A stretch of DNA of 64,000 nucleotides, from the NCBI RefSeq assembly GCF_040938485.1, contig NW_027271164.1, positions 310,001 to 374,000 of the forward strand, written 5' to 3'. Positions 25,001-35,976 of this stretch are shown one piece after another; position 1 is the stretch's first letter, and each line of letters starts with the position of its first letter. The notes beneath the pieces were generated by a model. The model was not told the DNA's origin, made no database searches, and worked only from the letters and a program-made list of their open reading frames with translations. Position numbers and translations under genes: made by a program. This DNA is from Diadema antillarum (taxonomy: Eukaryota).

Positions 25001-26313
25001 ATCTATAAATAAATTTTAGCTTTATTCACTTACCCTCATAGTATCGAAAGTTTTAACGCAAGAGGGAAGCAAGTTTTCTGCGACAAACCTAGTAGGTAGA
25101 GCGGATGGTGGGAGGTAAAGCTGAAGAGAAATGGATCCCAAAACACACACAATAAAAATAATAATCCCACTCATGAGAGTCATATACCGGGTTCACGTTA
25201 CCAGTTCGACACCCGCGAGGCATACAGCCTACGAGTCATACAGCCCACGAGTCGAACAGCCCATGAGCTCGACACTAGACAAAAGGAAAAAAAAATGCCC
25301 ATGAGTCGACACTGGGCCAACAAGGCCCTCAGACAAGTCAGACAATAGGTAAGCCAGGCCCACGAGTTCGACACTAGGCAAAACAAAACAAAACAAAAAA
25401 AAAACTCATGGGACCAACATTTCATCACGGGGCTTAATGTGTCAGATTCGTGGGTCTATTTTTTGCCTGTGTCGGACTCACGGGCCATAATAGCCTCGTG
25501 TCGAGCCCATGGACTGTATGGCTTGTGGGCTGTATGACTTATGGACCTTTTTTTCGATGTCAAACTCGTGGGCTGTATGACTCGTGGGTGTCGGTCTCAT
25601 AGGATGACTCCAATATACCCAAATGATGACTCACATGGAATCTCATTGATGTTTCCGTTGTCTTGCTTTATGTTCAACAGCCAACTCTACACTGTGATCG
25701 AGTTTTACGTGCGAGCTGATGGTGACGTGATTACGTCATCAAAATTAGAGACTGCCATCCACTCACGAACGAGCAAGGAAATAAACGACATAATCCGTCC
25801 TTACAGACTTTTCGCTGAGGCAACACCAGTTGGTGTCAAATCAAGTTATAAGAGGGTAAGTTAATTATGAAATGCTCCTACAAATGACCAAGCGTCGTGA
25901 AGATTGATGAAATATGATATTTCAAAGTTGACACTTTCTGACAACACTGTAAACTTCTTAAGTTTGTGATTTGATTCTACGTAGATGTTCTTTTACTGAC
26001 ACAGTATGAGTAGAATTTTTCTGCATGTACCAAGCAGAAATTCCGCTGTTCCAGAAGAATGTCCTTAAACATTTCAACACAATGTAATGTCAGGCTATGA
26101 CTTTTTACCCATTGTCACATCCTTTTCATCAGAGTTACCAGCCTCTGCAATTATAAAAAAAAACAGCAACCACAACAACTTTCACTGCAAACGCATTTCG
26201 CCAAATTCCTCAAACACGACAGATAGCAACATTAAGGCGTGTCCATAATACTTGGTGCATGATGGCCGATTAAGAAAGAAGCAAAGAAAAAGAAAACAAG
26301 CAAAGATTATGTG

Positions 26314-26357
<44 letters not shown>

Positions 26358-28285
26358 GGGGGTGGGGTAGATAACTACTAGTATGATGCCGAAGAAATAG
26401 CCCCATACTTTTGCAATGACAACCCGTATGGATAGGTTTATGGATGTAACAGGTGAATGTTCACTATGGCGTCGCACTGTATTACTAGCCATGTATGTTA
26501 TTAACTTGGTTTAAATACATGTAGATTCACGTAAGTACGTTCATAGCTGGCTTTCAAGGTAAAGCTCTAATTGCGTGCAAACCTGAACAGACTAGTAGCG
26601 TTAGTGATTTGTGCAAGTAAAACATCCTTTCCTGACAATATTCACAAAATATGAACTTCAAGAATTTGACAAACTTTTTGCTGATCGAAATGTTTATTAT
26701 CATCTCCAGGCAAAAAGTATTGTTGATCGTCGCTGGCAGTAAGATCTTTCATGGTTGAAATACCCCCCTTTATTTCCCCCTAGATATTTCGTGTGGATAT
26801 GCTATGTATATCAGACTCAGGAAAAAAAAGTTAATTCTGTCTGCAAGGTTTCTAAGCTTATATTTGAAGACATATCACGCTAAGTCTGTATCAATACTCT
26901 TTGACAGGAATGGATGACCCACAACTGGTTCGTCTTCGTGGTCATCGCTTTGATCATCCTCATCATCGTAGTCATATTACTGTATGTGTATGTGAAGAGG
27001 TAAGACTATGAGAAAACGGAGTTCGTTTTATTCATCATGTGGTTCCATAGCCCCATGTAGCATATTATCAATATAAAAATATTCATGATTACCTCATGAA
27101 ACCATGTCCTCTCTGGTTATTGCATCATTGTTTTATGTTTCTACCTTGACATAATATTATGAGTGCATTGAAAGTGCTGAAAAACAAAGACTAGACACAG
27201 ATTCCAAACATTTTCAGAAGGTTTTGACACCTTGAAAATGAACGTTCCCTGCTCCTGTGATCTTCATTAAACGTTCTCTGCAGAATCTCCCTGCAAAAGT
27301 TGCAATGAAAGTTGCTTACTCGTACACTGTCGTAACGATCGTGATTCATTGACAAAAGAGACAAATAATATTGTTGGCACCTGGTAAGAATTGCTCCGTT
27401 GTATACTCTGTTCCAAAATCGAAATAATGTTTGAATAGAATTGATTTGAATTGAATTAGATTGAGTTAAACTGATGTGATTTAAATTGAATTAAATTGAA
27501 TCGAATTGAATGTTGAATGGAATTGAATTGATTTTAATTGAATTGAATTGAATTGAATTGAATTGAATTGAATTTAAGAATTGTCATGAAATAAAGGTTG
27601 CAAAGCCACATATGTGTAAGAAAGGGGGGTCAGGGGTCGGCGTACCACTGTAAATTATGACTGCAATGAATTTAAAGTCATTGCATCCCTCTCGCATTGT
27701 TTACCCTGCTATAGCTTACTCATACATTCTATACTATGTTACTTTCTGTTCATGTCTTTTGCGTGATACCCTTTAGCCTATACCTCACTTTTCTGGTATT
27801 TCACAATTACGCTGTAATCATGTTATAACGACTTGTGGTCAAAGTTAAATCTCCTCTTCTCGGTGACACTTTTTTCGTAAAAGGCAGTTTTCTTAAAAGG
27901 CAGACATAGAGTTGCATATGTCTCGGGAAGTCAGAAGTGCAATAAAGACGGAAATATTGTTTCGCCCTTCGCTATGTTATACACTGTAATATATTTTTGT
28001 TCGCAGGATTAAGAATAACTTTGACCGCGTTGAACAAAGTTGCATTTGTTTTTCTAACTTACTTGACGATGCAGGAGAAAACGGAGGGAGGCTTTCGATC
28101 ACGACGAACTCGAGAAAGAAGGTACGCGATTCCTCAATCCCGCCTTTGCGACCACGCCAACTGGCGCCCAACTACGGCTAGAGGACGCTAGCACGCCCAG
28201 CGAAACGACGCCATGGGAGACGAATTTGAGCAATACGAACATGTATTCTTTCAGGGGGCCGCCAGAGACCGAGTCTGAACAATGA
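14866..28285 (+). CDS. Gene 1: Notch-ligand-like (C2/MNNL-DSL-EGF) type I membrane protein with SEA-like juxtamembrane domain; 11 coding exons found, start/signal exon unresolved
   Basis: Manually spliced exons: 14866-15029, 16159-16297, 16889-17046, 17464-17623, 20138-20234, 20962-23428, 23857-24026, 24469-24637, 25681-25855, 26908-26999, 28075-28285. All introns are GT-AG with phases 2,0,2,0,1,2,1,2,0,2. Total 4002 nt in frame (1333 aa + stop). DSL cysteine spacing C-x8-C-x3-C-x11-C-x7-C-x8-C, cbEGF array, [25 protein letters not shown]. No symbol given: it lacks the DOS motif and full Notch-binding face of Delta/Serrate. Confidence 0.9.
16014..16055. repeat. (TA)n microsatellite in a gene 1 intron
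   Basis: Direct reading. Confidence 0.95.
16159..16297 (+). CDS. Gene 1 exon: C2/MNNL part 2
   Basis: cgcag|T...TGGCAG|gtaggc; [46 protein letters not shown]. 139 nt, the same length as the gene 2 counterpart. Confidence 0.88.
16889..17046 (+). CDS. Gene 1 exon: C2/MNNL part 3
   Basis: ctatag|GGT...TCTGC|gtgagt; [52 protein letters not shown]. 158 nt, the same length as the gene 2 counterpart. Confidence 0.88.
17464..17623 (+). CDS. Gene 1 exon: DSL domain
   Basis: cgcag|A...GATGTG|gtaaac; [53 protein letters not shown]. Confidence 0.92.
20138..20234 (+). CDS. Gene 1 exon: first calcium-binding EGF
   Basis: tgtcag|GAA...CAAG|gtaaat; [33 protein letters not shown]. 97 nt, the same length as the gene 2 counterpart. 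Confidence 0.92.
20962..23428 (+). CDS. Gene 1 giant exon: 20 complete cbEGF repeats, one 4-Cys EGF, start of next EGF
   Basis: tttcag|GT...GTTAG|gtaaac; 2467 nt open frame that extends ORF 21168-23432 upstream. The repeats follow D/N-x-D/N-E-C...C-x-D/N. Confidence 0.95.
23857..24026 (+). CDS. Gene 1 exon: end of split EGF plus last EGF
   Basis: gtgtag|A...GTCG|gtgagt; [56 protein letters not shown]. Confidence 0.92.
24469..24637 (+). CDS. Gene 1 exon: juxtamembrane (SEA-like) domain part 1
   Basis: caacag|AC...AGCGG|gtaagc; [57 protein letters not shown]. Phase 1 in and phase 2 out fit the neighbouring exons. It is absent from the ORF track. Confidence 0.8.
25177..25610. mobile_element. 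Foldback-type element built from CCCACGAGTCATACAG/CGACAC units
   Basis: The left half carries units in one orientation and the right half the reverse complement (GGGCTGTATGACTCGTGGG). Termini GAGTCAT...ATGACTC. Confidence 0.65.
25681..25855 (+). CDS. Gene 1 exon: juxtamembrane (SEA-like) domain part 2
   Basis: caacag|C...AAGAGG|gtaagt; [58 protein letters not shown]. Confidence 0.82.
26310..26356. repeat. (GT)n microsatellite
   Basis: Direct reading. Confidence 0.95.
26908..26999 (+). CDS. Gene 1 exon: transmembrane helix
   Basis: tgacag|GAA...AAGAG|gtaaga; [31 protein letters not shown]. Confidence 0.9.
27437..27574. repeat. (GAATT)n pentanucleotide array in the last intron of gene 1
   Basis: Direct reading; degenerate at the 5' end and pure at the 3' end. 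Confidence 0.9.
28075..28285 (+). CDS. Gene 1 terminal exon: short cytoplasmic tail
   Basis: Branch-point-like ttctaac, then gatgcag|G; [69 protein letters not shown], with a polybasic stop-transfer segment. An alternative acceptor at 28006 is possible. Confidence 0.72.
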
Positions 28286-28558
28286 CGTTTGTAAAACTGT
28301 CACACATTCCGGGGCGAATGCAAGACCTTGAACTGTGTTATGTATAGAGATAATGAATATAATGCATCTTTAGTGATACTCCATAGATATGCAAATATTT
28401 TCTGTTCGTTTGCCCTACATTCTTGGTGTCAATGTCAGCTTCTGTATGAAATACAGTAGGTGTGTCCGGGACGACTCATTACGAAGATAACGTGCTGTCA
28501 GACTGATCCAAAACTATATCCGACATCGACGCTTCTTCGCTTTGTCAAAACGTGGATT

Positions 28559-28596
<38 letters not shown>

Positions 28597-29500
28597 TTTT
28601 TACACATACGTACGTGTATGTGTGTGTGTACATGTAGGTATAAAGAAAATTTTGGTAACATTATAGACAGCACATTGACAGCAAGATACCAAATACTAGT
28701 TGGGAGAAAGAGAGAGAGAGAGAAAAGAAGATGAAAATACGCGTGTTTTTTGTCGTTCGAAATGGCGGTATTTGTGTATTTTACATCACTGTACCACTAG
28801 TATTTTTAGTTTCCGTTTCATTTTGTCTTACATTGTCTTGGCGTTGTCCGGTTGAAACCATTAAACAGACTAAAGAAAACTGTGCGCTTGCAATAACACT
28901 GCGGCAGACAGGATCATTCCAGATTCGGTGCTCATGTTTGTTCCACGGAGCCGGGATAGTGCCTTATTGTGCCGTTCTGTATGGGCTAAAAGGGCGATAA
29001 AACGTGTGGTACGTGTGGTCATGCGAAAATACAAAAACGTGACGCAGCAGGAACTTGTGATTTTTTTTTAAAGGCAGAGCTTGAATTAGAAAGGATGAAA
29101 ATTAGTAAATAGTTACCCAGCATAATGATCGAGTTATTGATAACTTACGTTGTTAATATCGTGACATTATCACTTTCATATCTGTCCTCAAACAATCACG
29201 CGGACTAGCACTGTGTCTTGGTTTAATGCACTTTCTCCGCCGCATGAAATTATCCCAATGTCTCCCAGATAATATGGTGTCCTCAGTGCACTGTAATACC
29301 GTAACCAGAACGTGTAGTTTTGTAAAAAAAAAAAAAACTAGAAATAAACGAAAACACAACATTGAGCCAGCAAGGTAGGATAACCTGCTGTCGTGGCCAT
29401 CAGCGGAGATTGCGGTGCACAGCTTGTTATTATCTTCTTGTGTCTGTAAGATATAAACATACATCCAAGCATCAGTACAGATAGATCGATAGATAGATAC

Positions 29501-29657
29501 NNNNNNNNNNNNNNNNNNNNNNNNNNNNNNNNNNNNNNNNNNNNNNNNNNNNNNNNNNNNNNNNNNNNNNNNNNNNNNNNNNNNNNNNNNNNNNNNNNNN
29601 NNNNNNNNNNNNNNNNNNNNNNNNNNNNNNNNNNNNNNNNNNNNNNNNNNNNNNNNN
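29501..29657. other. Assembly gap (N run)
   Basis: Ns. Confidence 1.
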
Positions 29658-29978
29658 ATGTGTGTGCTTGTTTGTATGTATGCAATGTCAAATTCCGACG
29701 TTTTGTCCCAACCGGTCTACCAATGGAGGAAGCAAATATTCCCATAATAAGTGCCTTCCTTGCCATTTTCGAAGAGAAAAATCATTCAGTGGTATTTTCA
29801 TGATAGACGGAAATTAAGCCAACCATTAGCAAGATCAGGCAGGCTATCTTCTTTTAGACATAGAATGTGAAAGACATTCACTCGGTATTTTTACAGCTTA
29901 ATTTCAACCCTTAATATTTCATTTCTTTGTCGCCACCATCATGACACTTGTCTTTAAATATGCCACGTAATTTCGTAA

Positions 29979-30325
29979 AGGGATGGTCTGGTATTGGTTG
30001 AGACGGGGATTGAGCTTTTAACTTTTTGCGAGACACTAAGAAACCACCTATGAAATATTACAGAGCATCCAATTCTGAGAGGGATTCAAAGTTTATTTGA
30101 TGAAAATCGGTTTTGAAATGGCAGAGATATGAAAAAAATAAAACAAAGGATCCAATTCAAAAGGTGGGTCCCACCTTTTACTATCTAGGATCCCTTGTTT
30201 TGGATATCTCAGCCTCAGCCACTCCTGGAATTACATGCTCTTTCATATTTCACAAGAGGTTTCTCATTATCTCACAAAAAAGTTGGAAACCTAAGGCCCA
30301 TCTCAACCAAAAGTATACCATCCCT
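29979..30325. mobile_element. Palindromic Kolobok-like MITE
   Basis: GTAA|AGGGATGGT..TTGGTTGAGA ... TCTCAACCAA..ACCATCCCT|TTAA, with a central perfect palindrome AAAAGGTGGG-T-CCCACCTTTT at 30159-30179. Confidence 0.75.
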
Positions 30326-33300
30326 TTAAATCTCACTATCACATTCAAACACGCCATTACGCACATATACGGACACACATACACACGCATGCATGCACAT
30401 TTAATGTATACAAGACTAAATGCTGGTAATGAATAGACTGCATGTAATGTTTTGAATGAATTTTGCTTCATTATGGCAGTAACATGATGGTGTCATCATA
30501 TTTTGTTGAAACTTTCCTTCTATTTCTTTTTGTTGTTGTTTGCATGGGTTTGTCATACTCTTGTGAAACAAAATTACCCATGATCTGATGATAATTTTTA
30601 TCTTTTGCGTTGTCAGTCGCTTAGAATCTAAGGGTCCATTTGCTTTAAAGCAATTTAATTGGAAAGATTAGTATCATAGTGTAATATACTTGCAATTTAT
30701 GTTCTATGATTGTTATATACGTTATGTATCTTTTCCATTTCCTCATGCCACAATTGTAAATAGGCTGTGTAAGATTGTGCATGACACTGTCACGTGATCA
30801 CATTTGTAATCGACAGTCTGTATGATAGTGTAAATAAAGCAAAGGGAAAAAAATCATGCCAAACTACTTCTTTGTAACTTGACTAGGTGTTTAGTTTACT
30901 TTGTAATACTTGAGTGCTTTTGCTGGTTAGGTGTGTATAGGAAGAGTTGAGTGGGTCGATGTTTAAAATAGAGTGAAATCCTGTTTTGTTGTTGTGATTG
31001 CACCAATGATGGTATAAGAGCGAGTTAGATGCTTCCAAGGAAATGAATGGATGGAGGTGTCATAAAACCGAATATATACCAACTTTTCGAAAGCAGTTTA
31101 GAAATAACTTCAGACGCACTTTAAATAAATAACAACTGAGTTTTGTATATTCTGCCAGTACTTCACTCTTTTCCTTCTCCACTCTGCTTTGCTTTATTAT
31201 TATTATTTTGTATTCCACAAGTACCACTATTTTAACTTGTGAAAGTTTAAAACTTACTTTGGGGCCTTTTCCCATCTAGCCAGTAAGAGGTTTTGATCAA
31301 CCCCACCATAACTATGATTATACTACGACTTGAAACTGTAACGATTGCTGTTTTTAATGTAGAAATAAATGAAATGAAATCTATAGAAGGTGAAAAAAAA
31401 GACAGCACGCGCCATTTTTGCTAGAGCAAAGCCGTCAATCATTAGAATTTTGCACGGGTCAACTAACAACTTGCTTAAAACGGCATACACTGATGTCGTT
31501 CAGCCTATACCCTATATCTTAGGGACTTGTTTACTCCCAATTCTTTGAAATCTACTTAGAATAGTTGGATCTTATGCATTGAACGACTTTTTTCTTCTAC
31601 GTATTCTGTCATTTTTGTCAGACTAAGTATTGGAAAATGTTAAGACAAAGCGGCAACATAAGAAACTCAGATAATTTGCACTTTGTCAGCAAGCCTATAC
31701 TCTTCACAAACTTGTTTTTCATAAACTATTATCGATGTTTCTTAAATGGCGGTGAACTATTGTATTTCTCCCTGTCACATCGCACAGAATATTAAGGGTC
31801 TTTGACAACAGTGAAATAGTTGGATAATAGCAGGAAAAAAGCAAATATATCTCCTACAGCGTTGTTACCTGCATGCATGACGCATCCACGCTACCATAAT
31901 ACAGAACAACAATGATGATTGTTCGGCAGGCTTCAACCATGACCGAGCAGGAATGGAAGGGGCCTATATAGTAGGAGATGATAGTGCCAGGAATAAGTTT
32001 TGCCATTTTGACTTCTAACGATTTACTAATGCTTAGTGTTTACTCAGTTATCATAAAGACACAATGCGAATTGTGTTGAATAGGCACAGCAATTAGACAT
32101 AATTATATATGCCGTTCATTGCCCTCGGACCGAGATTGATAGGCTACATTAAAACATATCATAATGTGATACGTTCCTTTCCCCTGGAATCACTGACAAA
32201 GAAGCACAAGAATGCAGTTTAGTTAAGTGGATAAAAGGATTGGAAAATATAGACAATTTCTTCAGTTCAACTGATTCAAGCAGGTGGCGTATCATGCAGT
32301 CCCTACAAAAATAAAGATCATTTAGTTTAACTAGTGATAGAAGGCAACGTCTTTTAAAGATTTATTTCTGTTATTCTATTTGTTTATGTTTTTGGGGGAT
32401 GGTTTTCTCCACCACACACACATTAAAAAAATAATGAAGTGTCTTCAAAGGGAAAACTACATTAGAAAATACCTCCATGATAAATTCTAATTTCATATCC
32501 TCATTGATTTAACGAATTTTTGATCGATAACTACAAACTTTTTAATCAATAAAGAGTGTTGGAAATTATGTCTTTTTAATTTGAGAATAATGCCTCAACG
32601 GCATCCTTTCTCTTAAAGCATTTCTTCAATTATTTTATTCTAGCTGCCACTGTTCATGTAGTGTGTGATTATCTGTGCGTCTATCGAGTGGACAGGTTTA
32701 AGTGAGCTAGTGCTGTGAAAGGATTTTTGTTTAATGTATGATTAAAGCGGAGTAAATGTAATAACTAAATTCGAATCTAGTAATAATTACAGTATCATTA
32801 TGATACCAAAATCACAGGGAGACGATTTTGAGTGAAACGGACGTAAATGATTATCAGCAGGAGACATTGATTTTGCAGTCTCTTCGGTATATGCTCGGCT
32901 ACTGTGACTGACGAAATTAAATTGCAGAGCACGAGATTTCGTTTCAAATGGAAATTTGCGCATTCCAGAGTGTCAGGGAAGAAACTGAAAATACATTTTC
33001 AGAAAATGGGAGGGAAACCTATTATACTTGGTACTGCGCGTATATACTACATGTTCTTTCATGAAGTTCGTCCATGGTGCCAAAATGATAATGAAATGAA
33101 AATCCCCTAACTGTCTGCCATCATTTATGTCGTTCGGAATTCTTCGATTTAGATTTTCTGGGCTATAGAAGTCAGTGATTGAGGAAGTTCACAGTATCCT
33201 ATTTCGCTGCCATGCATTGTCAGAAAGAAATCGACCCCCTCCCCTTTAAAAAAGAAAAATCCCCTCATGCTTGTGTAGTGTGGGAAGTATCAACACGACG

Positions 33301-33748
33301 AAAACATTTTGGCTGCCACTTGAAAAGTGGCAGACATTAGTGGTAAAGATGATATTCTTTCAATTTGCATAAAAGGTTTTTATATGTCGCATCATGAGAA
33401 GTCTTGTAAACAAGATGACAAGCTTAGGTTATGGCTTACGCTGACGAATTGCTCTCGAAGACAAGGATATGGGAAACGTGTGTGTCCTGTATGCATGACC
33501 TCCATGGAGATATGTCAATTTGTCGAAGGCAACAAGTTAATAAACATAGTGGTCAATGAGTGACAAGGTCGTTTCGTTACAGTGGCACTGATATACTACC
33601 AAACAATCCGGACGCCATGAAGCACCAAAGACCACCGTCATTTCATATCATATTATGTCTTTTTTTATCAAAAAAAAATAATATCATATGTCAATGCTAG
33701 ATTCACTAAGTGCACACACACACACACACACAACCCAAACAAATAAAT

Positions 33749-33792
33749 AAACAAACAAACAAACAAACAAACAAACAAACAAACAAACAAAC
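33749..33792. repeat. (AAAC)n microsatellite
   Basis: Direct reading. Confidence 0.95.
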
Positions 33793-35799
33793 GAACACTC
33801 ACAGAAAAGTTTGTCGTGGGTGACTGACGATTTTGATGAAATTTTCCTAATCACACAGAGGTGAGATTCAAGGTTAGCCTTGGATCAAGCCTTGATAAAA
33901 AACAACGACACCACCACTAGCAGCAGCAGCAGCAGCAACAACAACAACAACAAAAACATTATTTCAAAATATTTTCACAGAGTTGATTGCAAAAGCCGAA
34001 GATACCGGATTGCATAACGTTTAACCAGTGGTGCACAAACGTCTGTAACCTTAAAGCAGAGTTGTCTCGGTGGATGATATCACCGAAGAAGCTACTGGAA
34101 ATAGTCAGGAGCTAGCTAAAGTAAGAAGTGGCATGCTACTATCGAAAGTCAATATTCAATGCTCTGTTTGACGGGTTACCATATTTGATTATTTTTTTTT
34201 CTAAAAAGGAACCACTAGTCTTGAAGAAATTTCCGTTTCGTGTTTGCCCAAAATATGTTTCATAAATCCCATGCAGTAAACCATCACAACCATAATGTTG
34301 TCTATAGTTTGAGAGGATGCTAATCAAACGCTTGGCGAAAATATTCTACTACGAAATATGAAGCGACTCGACCGCGTTACCAGGAGGGTGAAAAGAAGGC
34401 TTCCTTGGTGTTGCCAATCTTAGAATCACGTTGTACTCCTCCATTCATAGAAATTCCCTATTCGCAATCAATACATGATGTCATCGGCGATTGCCCAATA
34501 ACAAGAGGGAATATAGAGGAGTCTTAGAGGGTGGGGTCAGAACGCCATTGTCTTCCTGCGACCCTAAGCGGTATCCTCTCACGGTCGGGCGATGATCAGG
34601 TCCAGTCATAAAGGTAGAACAATGGAGGTACAATCTACCTCCTTGGTAGAACTGCTGTTACGAGTTGGCAGGATGTCGGGCCACCAAATTTCCCTACCTT
34701 GGTGGCTCGATCGGGCAGCTAAAATTCAAAATCAATTTTTATATTTCCTTTTATTTAAGATCACTACAGGTCTTTTTCTGGCCACCAAGATTCTATATTC
34801 GAAAGGGCCACCAGAGAAAGAAAAATTTAATCTATATACATAATTATATGTATTTATATACGTGTGTGTGTGTGCGTGTGTATTGATGTACATATCATGT
34901 TCATCGATTTAAAGAACTTAAGAGAATTTCCTTATGAACATATGATGAGAGAGAACGATTGTACTATAATGTAATGACAACAATGGTATTAAAAGATTGG
35001 TAGTAAAAGATTGCTGACACTTGAAACACAACTGCTATACTGAAAATTATACTAATGATAATAACAACAACAATGGGGATCACGATGATGATAATGACGA
35101 TGACATTGTTACCGAATTGATAAAACGCTTTCAATTCTCACAAATAATTATCTAAATTCTTAGGTGGATATGATAAAAGACACAAAAGTTAAATAGCTTT
35201 CTTTTACAGCTTGTTAGGTTTGACTTCTTGATAATTAACTTCGGGAATATTTTTCTTGCAGTACAAGATTTTAAACAGTTAAAAAAACACTCCAAACTTA
35301 TCAAACTGATCAAAGCGGTCAAATTATGAAATAGACCAAACCCTGCCTGAGCTTTGAGCATTAAGTTATAGAAAAATATAGTAGTTTACCAGACATGTGG
35401 ATAGTACTTTCTGTCCTGATGTAAAAAAAAAATATTATTGTTAGGATAAACCAATTGACGTGTGACCAAGATCAGGAAAACATGATGACATGGATCGGCA
35501 TCTCCATTTCCTTTAGTACTTTTAAAGAACAAATTTTCATTATTATACACATGGATAAATTAATTGTCTAAATCTGGCCTCGACTTTGTGTCTATTTTAA
35601 GTTACACCCAGTCCCTGCCTGTTACGAGGCCCTCACCTTTCATTGAGGCTGCTTCGTAACTCTTTTGTGAAGATTTTTTTTTGTTCGTTATTATTCGTGA
35701 CGAAAGACTGGCATTATTGTGGACGCACTGGACCAACGAATCCTGCATTCATCGCACCACACAGCTCCCACGGACTTTTGTGAGGTGATCCGTCGTGTA

Positions 35800-35840
35800 T
35801 CCTGACGTCGTAGGACTCGGGTTAGACAGTTCTCAGTTGC
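35800..35840 (+). promoter_or_regulatory. Probable core promoter of gene 2
   Basis: CRE-like TGACGTCG at 35803-35810 and Inr-like TCAGTT at 35833-35838, about 95 nt before the signal-peptide ATG, in a CpG-richer stretch. Confidence 0.45.
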
Positions 35841-35928
35841 GCTGAGCACTGCGCGGAGGGAGAGCATCTCACAAGGCACTTGCAGGCAAGATATAAGCCA
35901 AAGAAGTTTTAGCCTTCAGTGGAAAGTC

Positions 35929-35976
35929 ATGGATCGATTCATAAAACTCTTCTTAACCATTTCTTTGCTTCATCAG
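35929..35976 (+). CDS. Gene 2 exon 1: signal peptide
   Basis: gtcATG...CATCAG|gtatgt; [16 protein letters not shown] joins in phase 0 to ALG-RVE, giving a hydrophobic core and an A-x-G cleavage site. An Inr-like TCAGTT lies about 95 nt upstream. Confidence 0.75.

Noticed and set aside
25177-25610. Repeat/spacer appearance suggesting a CRISPR array (also 41802-42331)
   Set aside because: The units are irregular, inverted and intronic in a eukaryote, with no cas genes. They are transposon subterminal repeats.
23427-27003. In-frame stops right after donors (AG|GTAA) as designed secreted or tail-less isoforms
   Set aside because: An automatic consequence of the splice consensus at phase-2 introns. 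There is no independent evidence.
8900-31380. Apparent plus-strand bias of LINE-like tails (about 9.0, 10.05, 13.9, 27.5 and 31.37 kb)
   Set aside because: The tails are identified only by AATAAA plus simple repeats, which is too uncertain and too few to claim a bias.
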